Assembly: GCA_035703635.1 (NCBI GenBank)
Contig: DASSXV010000023.1
Span: 34,298-98,297, forward strand
From: Trueperaceae bacterium
GTDB lineage: Bacteria > Deinococcota > Deinococci > Deinococcales > Trueperaceae
Length of the DNA: 64,000 nucleotides
Direction: 5' to 3'
This document shows, piece after piece, positions 1-9,857 of this stretch. Every line of letters begins with the position of its first letter. Position 1 is the stretch's first letter. Below the pieces are notes generated by a model that had not been told where the DNA came from, did no database searches, and saw only the letters and a program-made list of their open reading frames with translations. Both the position numbers and the translations under genes were made by a program.

Positions 1-2
1 CG

Positions 3-563
3 CTAGCGGGCTATGGGCTGACCAAGCTGCGTTTCCGCGGCAGCAACATCGTTTTCCTCCTCATCCTCTCGACCCTGATGATCCCTTTCGAGACGGTCAT
101 GATTCCGCTCTACGTGGTCGTCACCGGCATGGGGCTGCAGAACTCGTACGCGGGCCTCATAGTTCCGTTCCTCCTCAGCGCCTTCGGGGTCTTCCTCATG
201 CGCCAGTCGCTGCTCACGTTCCCTGACGAGCTGATCGACGCCTCGCGCATCGACGGCGCTTCAGAGTTGGGCATCTTCTTCCGCATCGTCATGCCGAACA
301 TGCTGCCCGTCATGGCCGTCCTCGCCGTGCTTACTTTCGAGCAGCAGTGGGACAACCTCATCTGGCCACTGCTCGTCGTGCAGACGCCTGCGCTCAAGAC
401 CATGCCGCTGTACGTCGTGCTGTTCATGGAGGAGAAGACGACCAACGAGGGCGCGATGGTGGCCGTGGCCGCGTTGGCGAGCCTGCCCATGCTCGTGATC
501 TTCTTCAGCCTCGCCAAGTTCTTCCTAAAGGGCGCTAATGTGTTCTCGGCTGGCAAGGAGTGA
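3..563 (+). CDS. Carbohydrate ABC transporter permease (MalG/UgpE-type), 5'-truncated by window edge
   Basis: Frame open from nt 3 (LAGYGLTKLRFRG...LMIPFE); EAA loop ELIDASRIDGAS; W..LIWPLLV motif. Confidence 0.93.
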   Translation, partial: LAGYGLTKLRFRGSNIVFLLILSTLMIPFETVMIPLYVVVTGMGLQNSYAGLIVPFLLSAFGVFLMRQSLLTFPDELIDASRIDGASELGIFFRIVMPNMLPVMAVLAVLTFEQQWDNLIWPLLVVQTPALKTMPLYVVLFMEEKTTNEGAMVAVAALASLPMLVIFFSLAKFFLKGANVFSAGKE

Positions 564-600
564 CGGCGTCTAGCTGCCGGGGCCGCCGCGAAAGGTCTAC

Positions 601-1191
601 ATGAAACTGTTCATCTTCGACATGGGCGGCGTGATGGTCGACGGCTTCGACGTGGTGCCCGCACTAGCTTCCGACCTCGACATCACCCCAGACGTCTTGC
701 GGGCGGAGCTCGACGCCGCCGGAATGACGCCCTTGCACGACGGCGCCATCACGCCGCTAGAGTTCTGGCAGCGCTACGAAGTGCTTACGGGTAGGAGCGT
801 CGCCGGTGAACCGTGGCGCGACTACTTCAAGCCCGTCAGGCGGCCGGCCATGTACGCCCTCGTCAGGCAGTTGCAGGACGCAGGCTACCGCGTGGTGGCG
901 GGGACGAACACCATCGACCCCCACTACGCCATGCACGAAGCCAACGGCGACTACGCCGTGTTCGACCACGTCTACGCCTCGAACCTGATGGGCGTCTCCA
1001 AACCGGAGGCGGAGTTCTGGCGCCACATACTCGGCGCCGAAAGGGTCGCCGCCTCCGACGCGCTGTTCGTCGACGACCTAGCCGTCAACGTGGCCGGTGC
1101 CGCCGCGCTAGGGATAACGGCCGTGCAGTACGAGACGGCGGAACAAGTCAGCGGCGCCGTGTTGGCCACGCTCCCCGTGCCTAGCGCCTAA
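601..1191 (+). CDS. HAD-superfamily sugar phosphatase (YihX-like)
   Basis: IFDMGGV motif I, GTNT motif II, SKPE motif III, FVDD...NV motif IV. Confidence 0.88.
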   Translation: MKLFIFDMGGVMVDGFDVVPALASDLDITPDVLRAELDAAGMTPLHDGAITPLEFWQRYEVLTGRSVAGEPWRDYFKPVRRPAMYALVRQLQDAGYRVVAGTNTIDPHYAMHEANGDYAVFDHVYASNLMGVSKPEAEFWRHILGAERVAASDALFVDDLAVNVAGAAALGITAVQYETAEQVSGAVLATLPVPSA

Positions 1192-1248
1192 GAGTTGCCT
1201 TGGCCCAAGTCATGGTGCGGCTTGGCGGGGCGTGGGTAGGGTGCGGGC

Positions 1249-1734
1249 ATGAGCCAAGCATCACCTGACCAGGCCGCAGCCGCGCCTACTACCGTTACTC
1301 CGGACGAGGCCGTCGCGCGCCTCAACAAGCTCTTCGATTCTGCCCTGAGGGCGCTCGGCGACGCCGATCAGCAGGACGCAGCATGTGAGCTAGCCGCTCA
1401 AGGCTGGACTCTACTGCGCCATTCGTGGCCGCGCGAGGGTGAGCGCCTCAACGGCGTCCTTCACTACCTGACGCGCACGGTCAGGCAAGCGCCTGCGAGG
1501 GCGGCCGCGGACGACACGCTGCTCGAAGTTCGCCACCTCATTCCGGCGGAGCGCCACCGTGTCATCTTCGAGACCTACTTCGCGCTGGCGTCTGGCAGCG
1601 CCTTCGTGCTCGTGAACGACCACGATCCGAAGCCGCTCTACTACCAGTTCGCTGCCGAGCACCCTAGTGAGTTCACGTGGGAACCTCTCGAGGAGGGCCC
1701 CGAAGTGTGGCGCGTGAGGATCGCCAAGGTTTAG
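1249..1734 (+). CDS. DUF2249-domain protein with N-terminal helical domain
   Basis: C-terminal LEVRHLIPAERH..IF....L..G..FVLVNDHDPKPLYYQF...EGPEVWRVRI matches DUF2249. Confidence 0.8.
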   Translation: MSQASPDQAAAAPTTVTPDEAVARLNKLFDSALRALGDADQQDAACELAAQGWTLLRHSWPREGERLNGVLHYLTRTVRQAPARAAADDTLLEVRHLIPAERHRVIFETYFALASGSAFVLVNDHDPKPLYYQFAAEHPSEFTWEPLEEGPEVWRVRIAKV

Positions 1735-1795
1735 GCGCCACACGCGCCTCCTGCGCCTTGCAGGCCGGGCGTGGCCGGGGGAGTAGGCTGGCAGG

Positions 1796-3130
1796 ATGCT
1801 CGCCCCCGACTCGTCGACCGTTGAACCTGAAGCACAGAAGGCCGCGGCAGCGCAGCCGCTAAGCACCGCAGGGAGCGCACATGCGCTTGCCGACCCGCTC
1901 GTCCGCGCGCGCTTCGCGCGGCGCATCACGGGCGCGTTGTTCGTCAGCCAGAGCCTAGGGTCGGCGGGCTCCATCGCCGCCGCGACGGTCGCCGCGATCG
2001 TCGGCGCCGAGCTCTCTGGCCGCGACTCGCTCGCTGGCTTGCCAGCCGCCGTCGTGCAGATCGGCGTGGCGGTCGGCGCTTACTTCTGGAGTCGCCTCTC
2101 CGACCGCATGGGGCGGCGCGGGGCGCTCACCGCGGCGCTCGTGACGGGCGCGGCTGGGGCGACGCTCTCCTTGTTCGGGGTGGCTAGCGGGAACTTCGCG
2201 CTAGTGTTGGTAGCGCTGTTCATCACCGGTTCTGGCAACTCCGCCGTGCAGTTGGGCCGCTTCGTGGCGGCGGAAGTCAACCCGCGCGCCCGCCGCGCCC
2301 GCGCCCTCTCGACCGTCGTGCTAGGCGGCACCGTCGGCAGCGTGCTGGGCCCTGCATTGGTCGGGCCGACAGGCAGACTCGTAACCTCTTGGGGTTGGAG
2401 CGAGATCGCTGGGCCGTACCTCGCGACCGGCGCTGGCTACCTGCTGACGGCCGTACTCCTGTTCCTCGCGCTGAGGCCGGAGCCACGCCTCCTCGGCGAA
2501 GTCATCGCCCTCGAGGAGGCCGGCACGCGCCCGCTCACGCAGACGAGGACCTTGCGTGAACTCCTGAACGACGCGGCAGTGCGGACCGCGATCAGCAGCG
2601 TGGTGCTCGCGCATATGGTGATGGTCGGCCTCATGCAGATGACGTCGCTGCACATGCACCAGATCGACCACACCCTCGTCAACATCTCGATCGTCTTCTC
2701 GAGCCATACCTTCGGCATGTACGCGTTCTCGACGCTGTCTGGATGGATGAGCGACAAGTGGGGCAGGCGGCCAGTGCTTGGCGTAGGGGCCGTGATACTG
2801 CTGGCGTCCTGCCTGCTGGCTCCCATGTCGCCTGGGCTCGTGCCCGTCGCGTTCGCGCTCTTCTTGCTCGGGTTGGGGTGGAACTTCTGCTACGTCGCCG
2901 GCTCCGCGCTGCTTACCGACGCGCTCACCCCGGCCGAGAAGGGGCGCATGCAGGGCTTCAACGACCTGCTCGTCGGCGGTGCAGCGGCCAGCGCGACGAT
3001 CATCGGCGGCCTCATCATGGCGCGTGCCGGTTACCTCGCTATGGGCTTGGCGGGAGCGGCCGTTACCCTCGCACTGATCGTCGTGGTCGTGCGCTTGCCG
3101 CGCCCAGCGGTTGGCTTGGCGGCAGACTGA
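1796..3130 (+). CDS. MFS transporter
   Basis: ~12 hydrophobic segments; motif A twice (RLSDRMGRR, WMSDKWGRR). Confidence 0.92.
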   Translation: MLAPDSSTVEPEAQKAAAAQPLSTAGSAHALADPLVRARFARRITGALFVSQSLGSAGSIAAATVAAIVGAELSGRDSLAGLPAAVVQIGVAVGAYFWSRLSDRMGRRGALTAALVTGAAGATLSLFGVASGNFALVLVALFITGSGNSAVQLGRFVAAEVNPRARRARALSTVVLGGTVGSVLGPALVGPTGRLVTSWGWSEIAGPYLATGAGYLLTAVLLFLALRPEPRLLGEVIALEEAGTRPLTQTRTLRELLNDAAVRTAISSVVLAHMVMVGLMQMTSLHMHQIDHTLVNISIVFSSHTFGMYAFSTLSGWMSDKWGRRPVLGVGAVILLASCLLAPMSPGLVPVAFALFLLGLGWNFCYVAGSALLTDALTPAEKGRMQGFNDLLVGGAAASATIIGGLIMARAGYLAMGLAGAAVTLALIVVVVRLPRPAVGLAAD

Positions 3131-3131
3131 C

Positions 3132-4388
3132 ATGCAGGCTGGCGGCGCCCACGTCTTCGACGCCGTGATCGTCGGCGGTGGGGTGGCAGGCTCCGCCGTA
3201 GCGTGCCGCTTGGCGAGCGCGGGCGCCAGCGTGCTGGTGCTGGAGCGCGAGCACCAGTTCGTCGATCGCGTTCGCGGAGACGCCATGTACCCGTGGGGCG
3301 TTGCCGAGGTCGTCAGGCTCGGCTTGGAAGCAGGGCCGCTGGCGGCGGCCAGCCACCTGCTGCCCTACTGGCAGACCCACGTCGCTGGCCTGCCGGAGAG
3401 CGCGGCGCGTGACCTGACCGCTAACGGGGGCCTTGGGGCGAGGGCGTTCTTCCACCCCGAGCTGCAGAGCGCGTTACTTAGCGCCGCCGAGCAGGCCGGG
3501 GCGCAGGTGGTGCGCGGCGCCGCCGTTACCGGCTTCAGCCGCGCGCCGGGGCCGCAAAGGTTGCACCTTGTCGAGGCGCGCGCCAACGGTGCGCCAAGCG
3601 ATCACCTCGCGAGGTTAGTGATCGGCGCAGACGGCCGCTCGTCGCGGGCGCGCGCGTGGGGCGCTTTCTCGGTCAACGCCGACCCGGAGAAACTGATGTT
3701 CGCAGGCGTGCTGCTGGCGGGGGCGAGAGTGAGCTTCACTAAACACGAGAGCGACACGGCTCACGTGTTCTTCGCGCCTAGCACGGGGCTGCTCGCCATG
3801 GTCCTCCCCTTGGATGGGCGCAGGACGCGGGCCTACGTCGGTTATCACCTTGCCAGAGGCAGGCGGCGCTTGAGCGGCGCAGCTGCGTTCCCGGAGTTCA
3901 GGCGACTCAGCGAGGAAGCCGGCGTGCCGCCCGACTGGTACGACGGCGCAGAGGTGGCTGGCCCGCTAGCGCAGTTCTCTGGAGCGGACACGTGGGTCGA
4001 CGAGCCGTACTCGAGGGGCGTGGCGCTGGTTGGCGACGCGGCGGCGGCGAGCGACCCGAGCTTCGGGTGCGGCGTGGCGCTGGCACTGCGCGGCGCCAGG
4101 CAACTGACCGACGAGCTGCTGCGCGTAGGGTCTTTCGAGCAGGGTGCCCTCGACGAGGCGGGCGTGGCCTACGCCGAGCAGGCAAGCGCTGACTTCCTCG
4201 CGCTGCAAAGGCAGATCTCGTGGTTAGCTGACGTGTACAGGGAGCCCGGCACGGCAGCCGACGCCATGCGCGCAGGACTGTGGCCGCTGTACGCGCGCGA
4301 GCCGAGCCGCGTGCCGGACGTAGTGCTCCTCGGGCCAGACGGTCCAAGTGACGAGACAGCCAAGCGCCGCTTCCTGGGGTTGGATTGA
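3132..4388 (+). CDS. FAD-dependent monooxygenase/oxidoreductase (UbiH/PHBH-like fold)
   Basis: GGGVAG dinucleotide motif, IGADG..S motif, LVGDAA..SDPSFGCG motif; ATG at 3132 just after the MFS stop. Confidence 0.85.
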   Translation: MQAGGAHVFDAVIVGGGVAGSAVACRLASAGASVLVLEREHQFVDRVRGDAMYPWGVAEVVRLGLEAGPLAAASHLLPYWQTHVAGLPESAARDLTANGGLGARAFFHPELQSALLSAAEQAGAQVVRGAAVTGFSRAPGPQRLHLVEARANGAPSDHLARLVIGADGRSSRARAWGAFSVNADPEKLMFAGVLLAGARVSFTKHESDTAHVFFAPSTGLLAMVLPLDGRRTRAYVGYHLARGRRRLSGAAAFPEFRRLSEEAGVPPDWYDGAEVAGPLAQFSGADTWVDEPYSRGVALVGDAAAASDPSFGCGVALALRGARQLTDELLRVGSFEQGALDEAGVAYAEQASADFLALQRQISWLADVYREPGTAADAMRAGLWPLYAREPSRVPDVVLLGPDGPSDETAKRRFLGLD

Positions 4389-4444
4389 GGGCACGTCAAG
4401 GTGGACGCGGCGGGCCGCGCGCACCGCGAAGGAGGTAAGCGAAC

Positions 4445-5113
4445 ATGGCACCTGACTTAGGTTGGTTACACCGTTACGTTCCGGCTGGTGCCGACGCCGA
4501 GGCTGCGGGCGCAGCGGCGGCCAGCGAGCCGCTTCCTGGGGACGTGACGCTACTCCTACTGCACGGCACGGGAGGCGACGAGAACTCGCTCATGGGCGTA
4601 GGCAGGCTGGTTGCGCCGACCGCGAACCTACTGAGCGTGCGCGGCCGCTCCCTCGACGAGGGCTCTCCGCGCTTCTTCCGGCGCTTCAGCGCGACTAGCT
4701 ACGACCAGGAGAACCTCATCTTCGAGGCGCGCGCGCTTGGCGCTTTCGCGCGTAGCGCTGCGGACACCTACGGCATCGACCCCCGCAGGCTCGTCGCGGT
4801 TGGTTACTCCAACGGCGCCAACATCGCGCTCGCGACCTTGGCGTACGACCCCGCCGCGTTCGCTGGCGCCGTGCTGCTCCGGGCGGTCATGGCCCTCGAG
4901 GATCCACCTGCGGTGGCCCTGAGCGGTAAGCCCATCTTGCTGCTCACAGGCGAACGCGATCCGTACGCGCCGCACGCTCGCGACGTGGCGCCCTACCTCA
5001 AGCGCTCGGGCGCCCGGCTAGAGGAGATCAAGGTGGCGGCGGGCCACGAACTGGTTGAGGAGGACGTTAGACGAGTCAGTGATTGGCTCGCGACGTTCGC
5101 ACGCGAACGCTAG
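4445..5113 (+). CDS. Alpha/beta hydrolase, phospholipase/carboxylesterase (MhqD-like)
   Basis: LLHGTGGDE, GYSNGA nucleophile elbow, G.RDPY, AGHEL; SD GGAGG upstream. Confidence 0.88.
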   Translation: MAPDLGWLHRYVPAGADAEAAGAAAASEPLPGDVTLLLLHGTGGDENSLMGVGRLVAPTANLLSVRGRSLDEGSPRFFRRFSATSYDQENLIFEARALGAFARSAADTYGIDPRRLVAVGYSNGANIALATLAYDPAAFAGAVLLRAVMALEDPPAVALSGKPILLLTGERDPYAPHARDVAPYLKRSGARLEEIKVAAGHELVEEDVRRVSDWLATFARER

Positions 5114-5184
5114 TTGGGACTCCGTGGAACGGCGGACCGGGCAACAACGCACCGGTCCGCCGCCGCGGCCGTAACGTGCAGGCG

Positions 5185-5427
5185 CTAACGCCTGATGGCG
5201 CGCAGGATCACGAGCAGGATGACGGCGCCAACGATCGCGACCAGGAGACTGTAGAAGTTGAACCCGGTCACGCCAGCACTGCCGAACTGGTTGAACAGCC
5301 AACCGCCAAGGAAGGCGCCGATGATGCCAACGATGATGTTGGTGAGGAGGCCGCCGCCACCCCCGGTAAGGGCTCCAGCGACCCACCCGGCCAACGCTCC
5401 CAGGACGATCCACAACAGGATGCTCAT
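5185..5427 (-). CDS. GlsB/YeaQ/YmgE transglycosylase-associated small membrane protein
   Basis: WIVLGALAGWVA...NIIVGIIGAFLGG...SLLVAIVGAVILL pattern. Confidence 0.92.
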   Translation of the reverse strand: MSILLWIVLGALAGWVAGALTGGGGGLLTNIIVGIIGAFLGGWLFNQFGSAGVTGFNFYSLLVAIVGAVILLVILRAIRR

Positions 5428-5541
5428 GACGAAGCTCCCTTCCTGAAGCGCCCGGAGTAGCTACTCGGGCGTGAAGCAACGCTAGCACTGGGAATCGAGC
5501 ATTCGTGGTGCACCTGCCGAGTTGGCCGTCTCAGAACCGTG

Positions 5542-6396
5542 TCAGCGTTGGCGCGGGTCGAGCAGGTCGCGTAGCCCGTCGCCTAGGAAGTTGAAGGCGA
5601 GCACCACGAAGATGATGGCCAAGCCGGGCAGGGCAGCTACCCACCAGCCATCGAGGAGGTAGGCCCTGCCGCTCGCGATGATCGCCCCCCACGAGGTGGC
5701 TGGTGGAGGGACGCCAAGGCCGAGGAAAGAGAGGGCTGACTCGATCAGCAGTAGCTGCGAGAGCTGGAAGGTCGTGAACACGATCATGGACGAGACCGTG
5801 TTGGGCGCGATGTGGCGCAAGATGAGGCCCGCGTCCGGTGTGCCGAGCGCACGAGACGCCGCCACGAAATCTAGGTCGCGCAACCCGAGCACCGCAGCGC
5901 GCATCAGGCGCGCGTAAGCTGGCCATACCGCGAGGGCGAGAGTGCCGACCAGCACCCACAGGCCCTGCCCGAGCAGGCCGACCACCGCGATCATTAGGAG
6001 CATGGTCGGGAAGGCCAACTGCACGTCGATCAGGCGCGAGATGACCTCGTCTACCCAGCCGCGGTAGAAGCCAGCGAGCAACCCGAGCGCCGAACCGAGC
6101 ACGGCGGCTGCGACCGCTGATAGGAGCACGGTGACGAACGTGGCTCTGGCGCCGCGCATGACGCGCGCCAGCACGTCCCGACCTAGGTTGTCCGTGCCGA
6201 GGAGGTGCTCGGGAGTGCCGCCACTCACCCACGTTGGGGGCTGGAGCCTGGCGCGGAGGTTCTGCCGTGTGGGGTCGTGAGGCAACACCTGGTTCGGTAG
6301 CACGGCCGTGACCGCGAAGGCGATGAGAATCAGGATCGAGAAGAAGTTCTTGGGATCGACCAAGAACCTGCGGAGGCGCCGCGGCCGCTCAGCCAT
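5542..6396 (-). CDS. Peptide/nickel ABC permease, DppC/OppC-type
   Basis: HLLGTDNLGRD, FVAASRALG, RHIAPN, LSFLGLG, FNFLGDGLRDLLDPR; start ATG 6396 overlaps upstream stop. Confidence 0.95.
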   Translation of the reverse strand: MAERPRRLRRFLVDPKNFFSILILIAFAVTAVLPNQVLPHDPTRQNLRARLQPPTWVSGGTPEHLLGTDNLGRDVLARVMRGARATFVTVLLSAVAAAVLGSALGLLAGFYRGWVDEVISRLIDVQLAFPTMLLMIAVVGLLGQGLWVLVGTLALAVWPAYARLMRAAVLGLRDLDFVAASRALGTPDAGLILRHIAPNTVSSMIVFTTFQLSQLLLIESALSFLGLGVPPPATSWGAIIASGRAYLLDGWWVAALPGLAIIFVVLAFNFLGDGLRDLLDPRQR

Positions 6397-7312
6397 AGTT
6401 GATCCTCGGGTCGATGAACACGTACGCAAGGTCGACGAGTAGGTTGACCGCGACGAAGATGGTGGCGCTAAGGATGACCACCGTTTGAACGACTGGAAAG
6501 TCGCGCGCGTAGATCGCGTCTATCGCTAGGCGGCCGATGCCGGGCCAGGTGAACACCGTCTCGGCCACCACGGCCCCGCTGAACAGGCCGCCGACCTGCA
6601 ATCCTATGAGCGTGATGATGGGGATGAGGGCCGCACGCATGACGTGCTTGAGCAAGATGCGGCGCTCCGGGAGGCCTTTGGCCCTGGCTGTGCGCACGAA
6701 GTCGAGGTGCATGGTCTCGAGGAACGAGGAGCGCGTCATGCGCGCGGTGAGCGCCACATAGTAGCTGGCGAGCACGGCCGTCGGCATGATGAGCTGCTGC
6801 CACGTGCCGCGGCCTCCCGTTGGGAGCAGGCCGAGCTGCAGGGAGAGAAACAGCATGAGCATGAGGCCGAGATAGAAGCCGGGCACGGCCTGGCCGAATA
6901 GGGCGCCCCACATGATGAGGGTGTCGAGGAGTTTCCCATGCTGGGCAGCTGCCAGCACGCCTAACCCGATGCCGAACACGACCGTGAGCAGCACTGCGCC
7001 GATGACTAGTTCGACCGTGGCGGGCAGGCGGTCTAGGTACATCCGGAGGGCCGGCTCGCCGTAACGCAGCGAGGTGCCGAACTTGCCTTGCGCCGTCTCC
7101 ACTAGGAAACGCCCGTACTGCACTACGAGCGGTGCGTCGAGGCCCAGCTCTACCCTCAACGCTTCGCGCGCTTCGATGGGCGTGCCTATCGGCATCAGTT
7201 GGTCGATCGGGTCGCCAGAGATGCGTGCAAGGAAGAACGTTGCCGTGGCAACACCGAGCAGTATCAGCACGGTGTTGCCAAGGCGACGGATCAGGTAAGA
7301 ACCTAGCTGCAC
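6389..7312 (-). CDS. Peptide/nickel ABC permease, DppB/OppB-type
   Basis: LGLDAPLVVQY, FVRTARAKGL, ETVFTWPGIG, DPRI. Confidence 0.95.
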   Translation of the reverse strand: MQLGSYLIRRLGNTVLILLGVATATFFLARISGDPIDQLMPIGTPIEAREALRVELGLDAPLVVQYGRFLVETAQGKFGTSLRYGEPALRMYLDRLPATVELVIGAVLLTVVFGIGLGVLAAAQHGKLLDTLIMWGALFGQAVPGFYLGLMLMLFLSLQLGLLPTGGRGTWQQLIMPTAVLASYYVALTARMTRSSFLETMHLDFVRTARAKGLPERRILLKHVMRAALIPIITLIGLQVGGLFSGAVVAETVFTWPGIGRLAIDAIYARDFPVVQTVVILSATIFVAVNLLVDLAYVFIDPRINYG

Positions 7313-7346
7313 GGTCGTCGATCCCGTACTGAGGGGCGTGATCCGC

Positions 7347-8831
7347 TCAGTCTAGGGTTACCTTCTCGAGGAAGAGGAGGTTATCGGGGCTCGGCGCGAA
7401 GCCGCTAACGCGGTCGGAGACGCCGTAGACTTCCTCGAGGGAGAAGAGGAAGAGCGCGACGGGGTCATCGCAGGCGATGGCGGCTGCCTCGTTGAGGAGG
7501 CTAAGGCGCTTGGCTGGGTCGATGGCGCGTGACGCCTCATGCACTACCTCGTCGAAGGCCGGGTTGCGGTAGTAGGAGTACGGGGCGTCTTGCAGGAAGA
7601 TGTTGTGGCCATAGGTCGTGTCAGGCGCGGTGGCGATGCCCAAGGTGGCCACGTTGCGCAGCTCGAACGCGCTCAGTTGCCTCAAGAACTCGCCGCCTTC
7701 TAGGACGATGTGGTTCGCGGTGATGCCAACGTCTTGCAGCATGGCCGCGATGGCCTCTGACAACTCAGCGTCGCCCGAAGACGTGCGGTACTTCAGGTCG
7801 ACGGTCAGGCCGTTAGGGAAGCCAGCCTCAGCGAGGAGGGCGCGGGCCTTGGCCGGGTCGAACGGGTAGGGCCTGAGGTCGGGGTTGTAACCGAAGAACT
7901 GCGGCGTGCCCAACTGGCAGTTGGAGAGCGTGCCGTGACCGTAGTAGAGGGCGTCAAGGAGAGCCTCTTTGTCGACGGCGTAGTTGATGGCCTGGCGGAC
8001 GCGCGGGTCAGCGATGGGGCTGTCAGGGAGGCCGTCGAGCAGGGCGAGCTTAGCGGTGAAGCCCGTCACGGAGTCAACGTGGACATTCGCGGCGTTCTCG
8101 ACGCGGTCGTACTGAGAGGCGGGCACGTTGGTCGCGATGTCGATCTCGCCAGCGAGCAGCGCAGCGATACGCGAGGTGTCCTCGGGGATCGGGCGGAACT
8201 CGAGCTTCTCGACGGCGGGCGCGCCGCCCCAGTACGCGTCGTTCCTGACGAGCGTGATGCTCTGACCGGCGATGCGCGAGTCGAACTTGAAGGCGCCAGT
8301 GCCGATCGGGTGCGCAGCGAACCCGTCTGGGCCGACTTGCTGGTAGTAGGCGGGCGGCACGACGTGGCCGTTGAGGGCGAGCGACAGCACGAGAAGCGGG
8401 AACGGCTCCTTCGTGTGGATCCTGACCGTATGGTCGTCGAGGACGTCGACGGTCGCCACGGCACCGAGGGCGACCACTTGGGTTGGTTCGACGGCCAGGG
8501 TCTCGAGAGAGAACTTCACTGCGGCGGCGTCCATGGGTTCGCCGTTCGTGAAGGAGATGCCTTCCTTGAGGCTCACATCGACGGTGAGGTCATCAACGCG
8601 CGTCCAACCGGAGGCCAGATGCGGGACCGGTTCGCCGGTCTGGCCGTCCAAGCGGAAGAGGCTCTCGACGATCTGCGTCGCAGTTCGTAGGTTGGCGGCC
8701 GAAGTGGTGCGGATGGGGTTCATCTGCGCCACGTCCTGGTAGATGCCGATGACCAACGTATTGCCGGCAGCCAGAGCGAAGCTGGTAAGCAGGGTAAGCA
8801 CGGCGAGGGTGAACTTGATGACGGCTTTCAT
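7347..8831 (-). CDS. Family-5 ABC substrate-binding protein
   Basis: Signal peptide MKAVIKF...ALA after SD GGAGG; PHLASGW, F.NGEPMDAAAVKFS, PIGTGAF, DPRVRQAINYAVD. Confidence 0.93.
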   Translation of the reverse strand: MKAVIKFTLAVLTLLTSFALAAGNTLVIGIYQDVAQMNPIRTTSAANLRTATQIVESLFRLDGQTGEPVPHLASGWTRVDDLTVDVSLKEGISFTNGEPMDAAAVKFSLETLAVEPTQVVALGAVATVDVLDDHTVRIHTKEPFPLLVLSLALNGHVVPPAYYQQVGPDGFAAHPIGTGAFKFDSRIAGQSITLVRNDAYWGGAPAVEKLEFRPIPEDTSRIAALLAGEIDIATNVPASQYDRVENAANVHVDSVTGFTAKLALLDGLPDSPIADPRVRQAINYAVDKEALLDALYYGHGTLSNCQLGTPQFFGYNPDLRPYPFDPAKARALLAEAGFPNGLTVDLKYRTSSGDAELSEAIAAMLQDVGITANHIVLEGGEFLRQLSAFELRNVATLGIATAPDTTYGHNIFLQDAPYSYYRNPAFDEVVHEASRAIDPAKRLSLLNEAAAIACDDPVALFLFSLEEVYGVSDRVSGFAPSPDNLLFLEKVTLD

Positions 8832-8917
8832 GCGACTACCTCCTGGGGTGGGTAGGTGGCCAAAGCGCGCTGCGGCGCCAAGGGCGAGAGGGTGACGCAC
8901 ATGTTGGCGGCGCGCCG

Positions 8918-9745
8918 TCACAGGCGAGCGAGGTCCACTTCGGCGGCCATGTACGCGAAACAGTGGCGGTTGCCGCGCTCGACGATCTCTGAGAGGAGCG
9001 CGCGCGCCTCCGCATGCTGGCCGCCGTAGAGGTACCAGTTGGCCACTCCGTAGCCCTGCGTGGCGAAAGCTAGCGGGTCCTCGGAGTGGCGTGCCAGCAG
9101 GTCGCTCGGCGAGAGGGTGCCGCGGTACATGCGGAGCCGTTGGAGGTAGAAGTCCTCACCGGGGTTCACGGACACGGACTCGGTGTCGAAGGCCGCGATG
9201 GCTGCTTCCGCCTCTTCTCGCTTGCCGAGGCGCCGCAGGCACATGTAGCTCCAGTCGGCGTTCGCGACCTTCATGTCGTCGTCAATGCTCAGCGAGTCGC
9301 CGCGCCGGAAGTTGGCTAGCGCCTCCGCGAAGTTCCCTTGCAGGTAGTGGGCGATGGCGAGGTGGTAGTAGATGCTCACTTGAAGGGTGCTCTTGTAAGA
9401 GCCCTTGGTAGCGGCGATCGTCTCCGGAGTCACCGGGAGCTGCTGTGACGGAACGTCGGCTTCGCCGCCGAGTATCAGCGCGAATATGTCCGCCTCGGTT
9501 TCAGGCTGGAAGAACTCGTGGACGTCCGGTTGACCCGACGTCAGTTGCGCGGCGCGCTCGAGGTCCGAGACGGCCTGAGGGAAGTTGCGCAGGGTGATGT
9601 GACGGTGGCCGCGGTGGCGCAGGAGCCGCGGCTCGTCTGGGTTGCGCTCGAGCCCGGTCGTGAACAGGGCGACGGCCTCGGCTGGCTTGCCCAAGTAGTT
9701 CTTCAGCCGGCCAGCTAGTATGTAGCGATCTGCGTCGGTGAGCAA
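8918..9745 (-). CDS. TPR-repeat protein (paralog of 9858-10682)
   Basis: Helical TPR patterns; start placed at TTG 9745 (GGAGG 5 nt upstream) so MLTDADRY aligns with the paralog's MITEPQRY. Confidence 0.8.
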   Translation of the reverse strand: MLTDADRYILAGRLKNYLGKPAEAVALFTTGLERNPDEPRLLRHRGHRHITLRNFPQAVSDLERAAQLTSGQPDVHEFFQPETEADIFALILGGEADVPSQQLPVTPETIAATKGSYKSTLQVSIYYHLAIAHYLQGNFAEALANFRRGDSLSIDDDMKVANADWSYMCLRRLGKREEAEAAIAAFDTESVSVNPGEDFYLQRLRMYRGTLSPSDLLARHSEDPLAFATQGYGVANWYLYGGQHAEARALLSEIVERGNRHCFAYMAAEVDLARL

Positions 9746-9857
9746 ACGATCCTCCGAGTGACGAGCTTCCAAAGCGTTGAGTTCAGTGCTTGCCTACCCG
9801 CACAGCATCAGGGGGAGGCGCTGGTCAATAGGGCTTCATCACTTGCAGTTGGAGGGG

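Noticed and set aside
2321-3286. 321-aa minus-strand ORF and similar long antisense ORFs (e.g. 12557-13393, 61713-62666, 7935-8690)
   Set aside because: They overlap well-supported genes on the opposite strand and have the low-information composition of shadow frames.
5449-5471. GAGTAGCTACTC palindrome/hairpin upstream of the ymgE-like gene
   Set aside because: Single copy with no U tract; cannot tell operator from terminator from chance.
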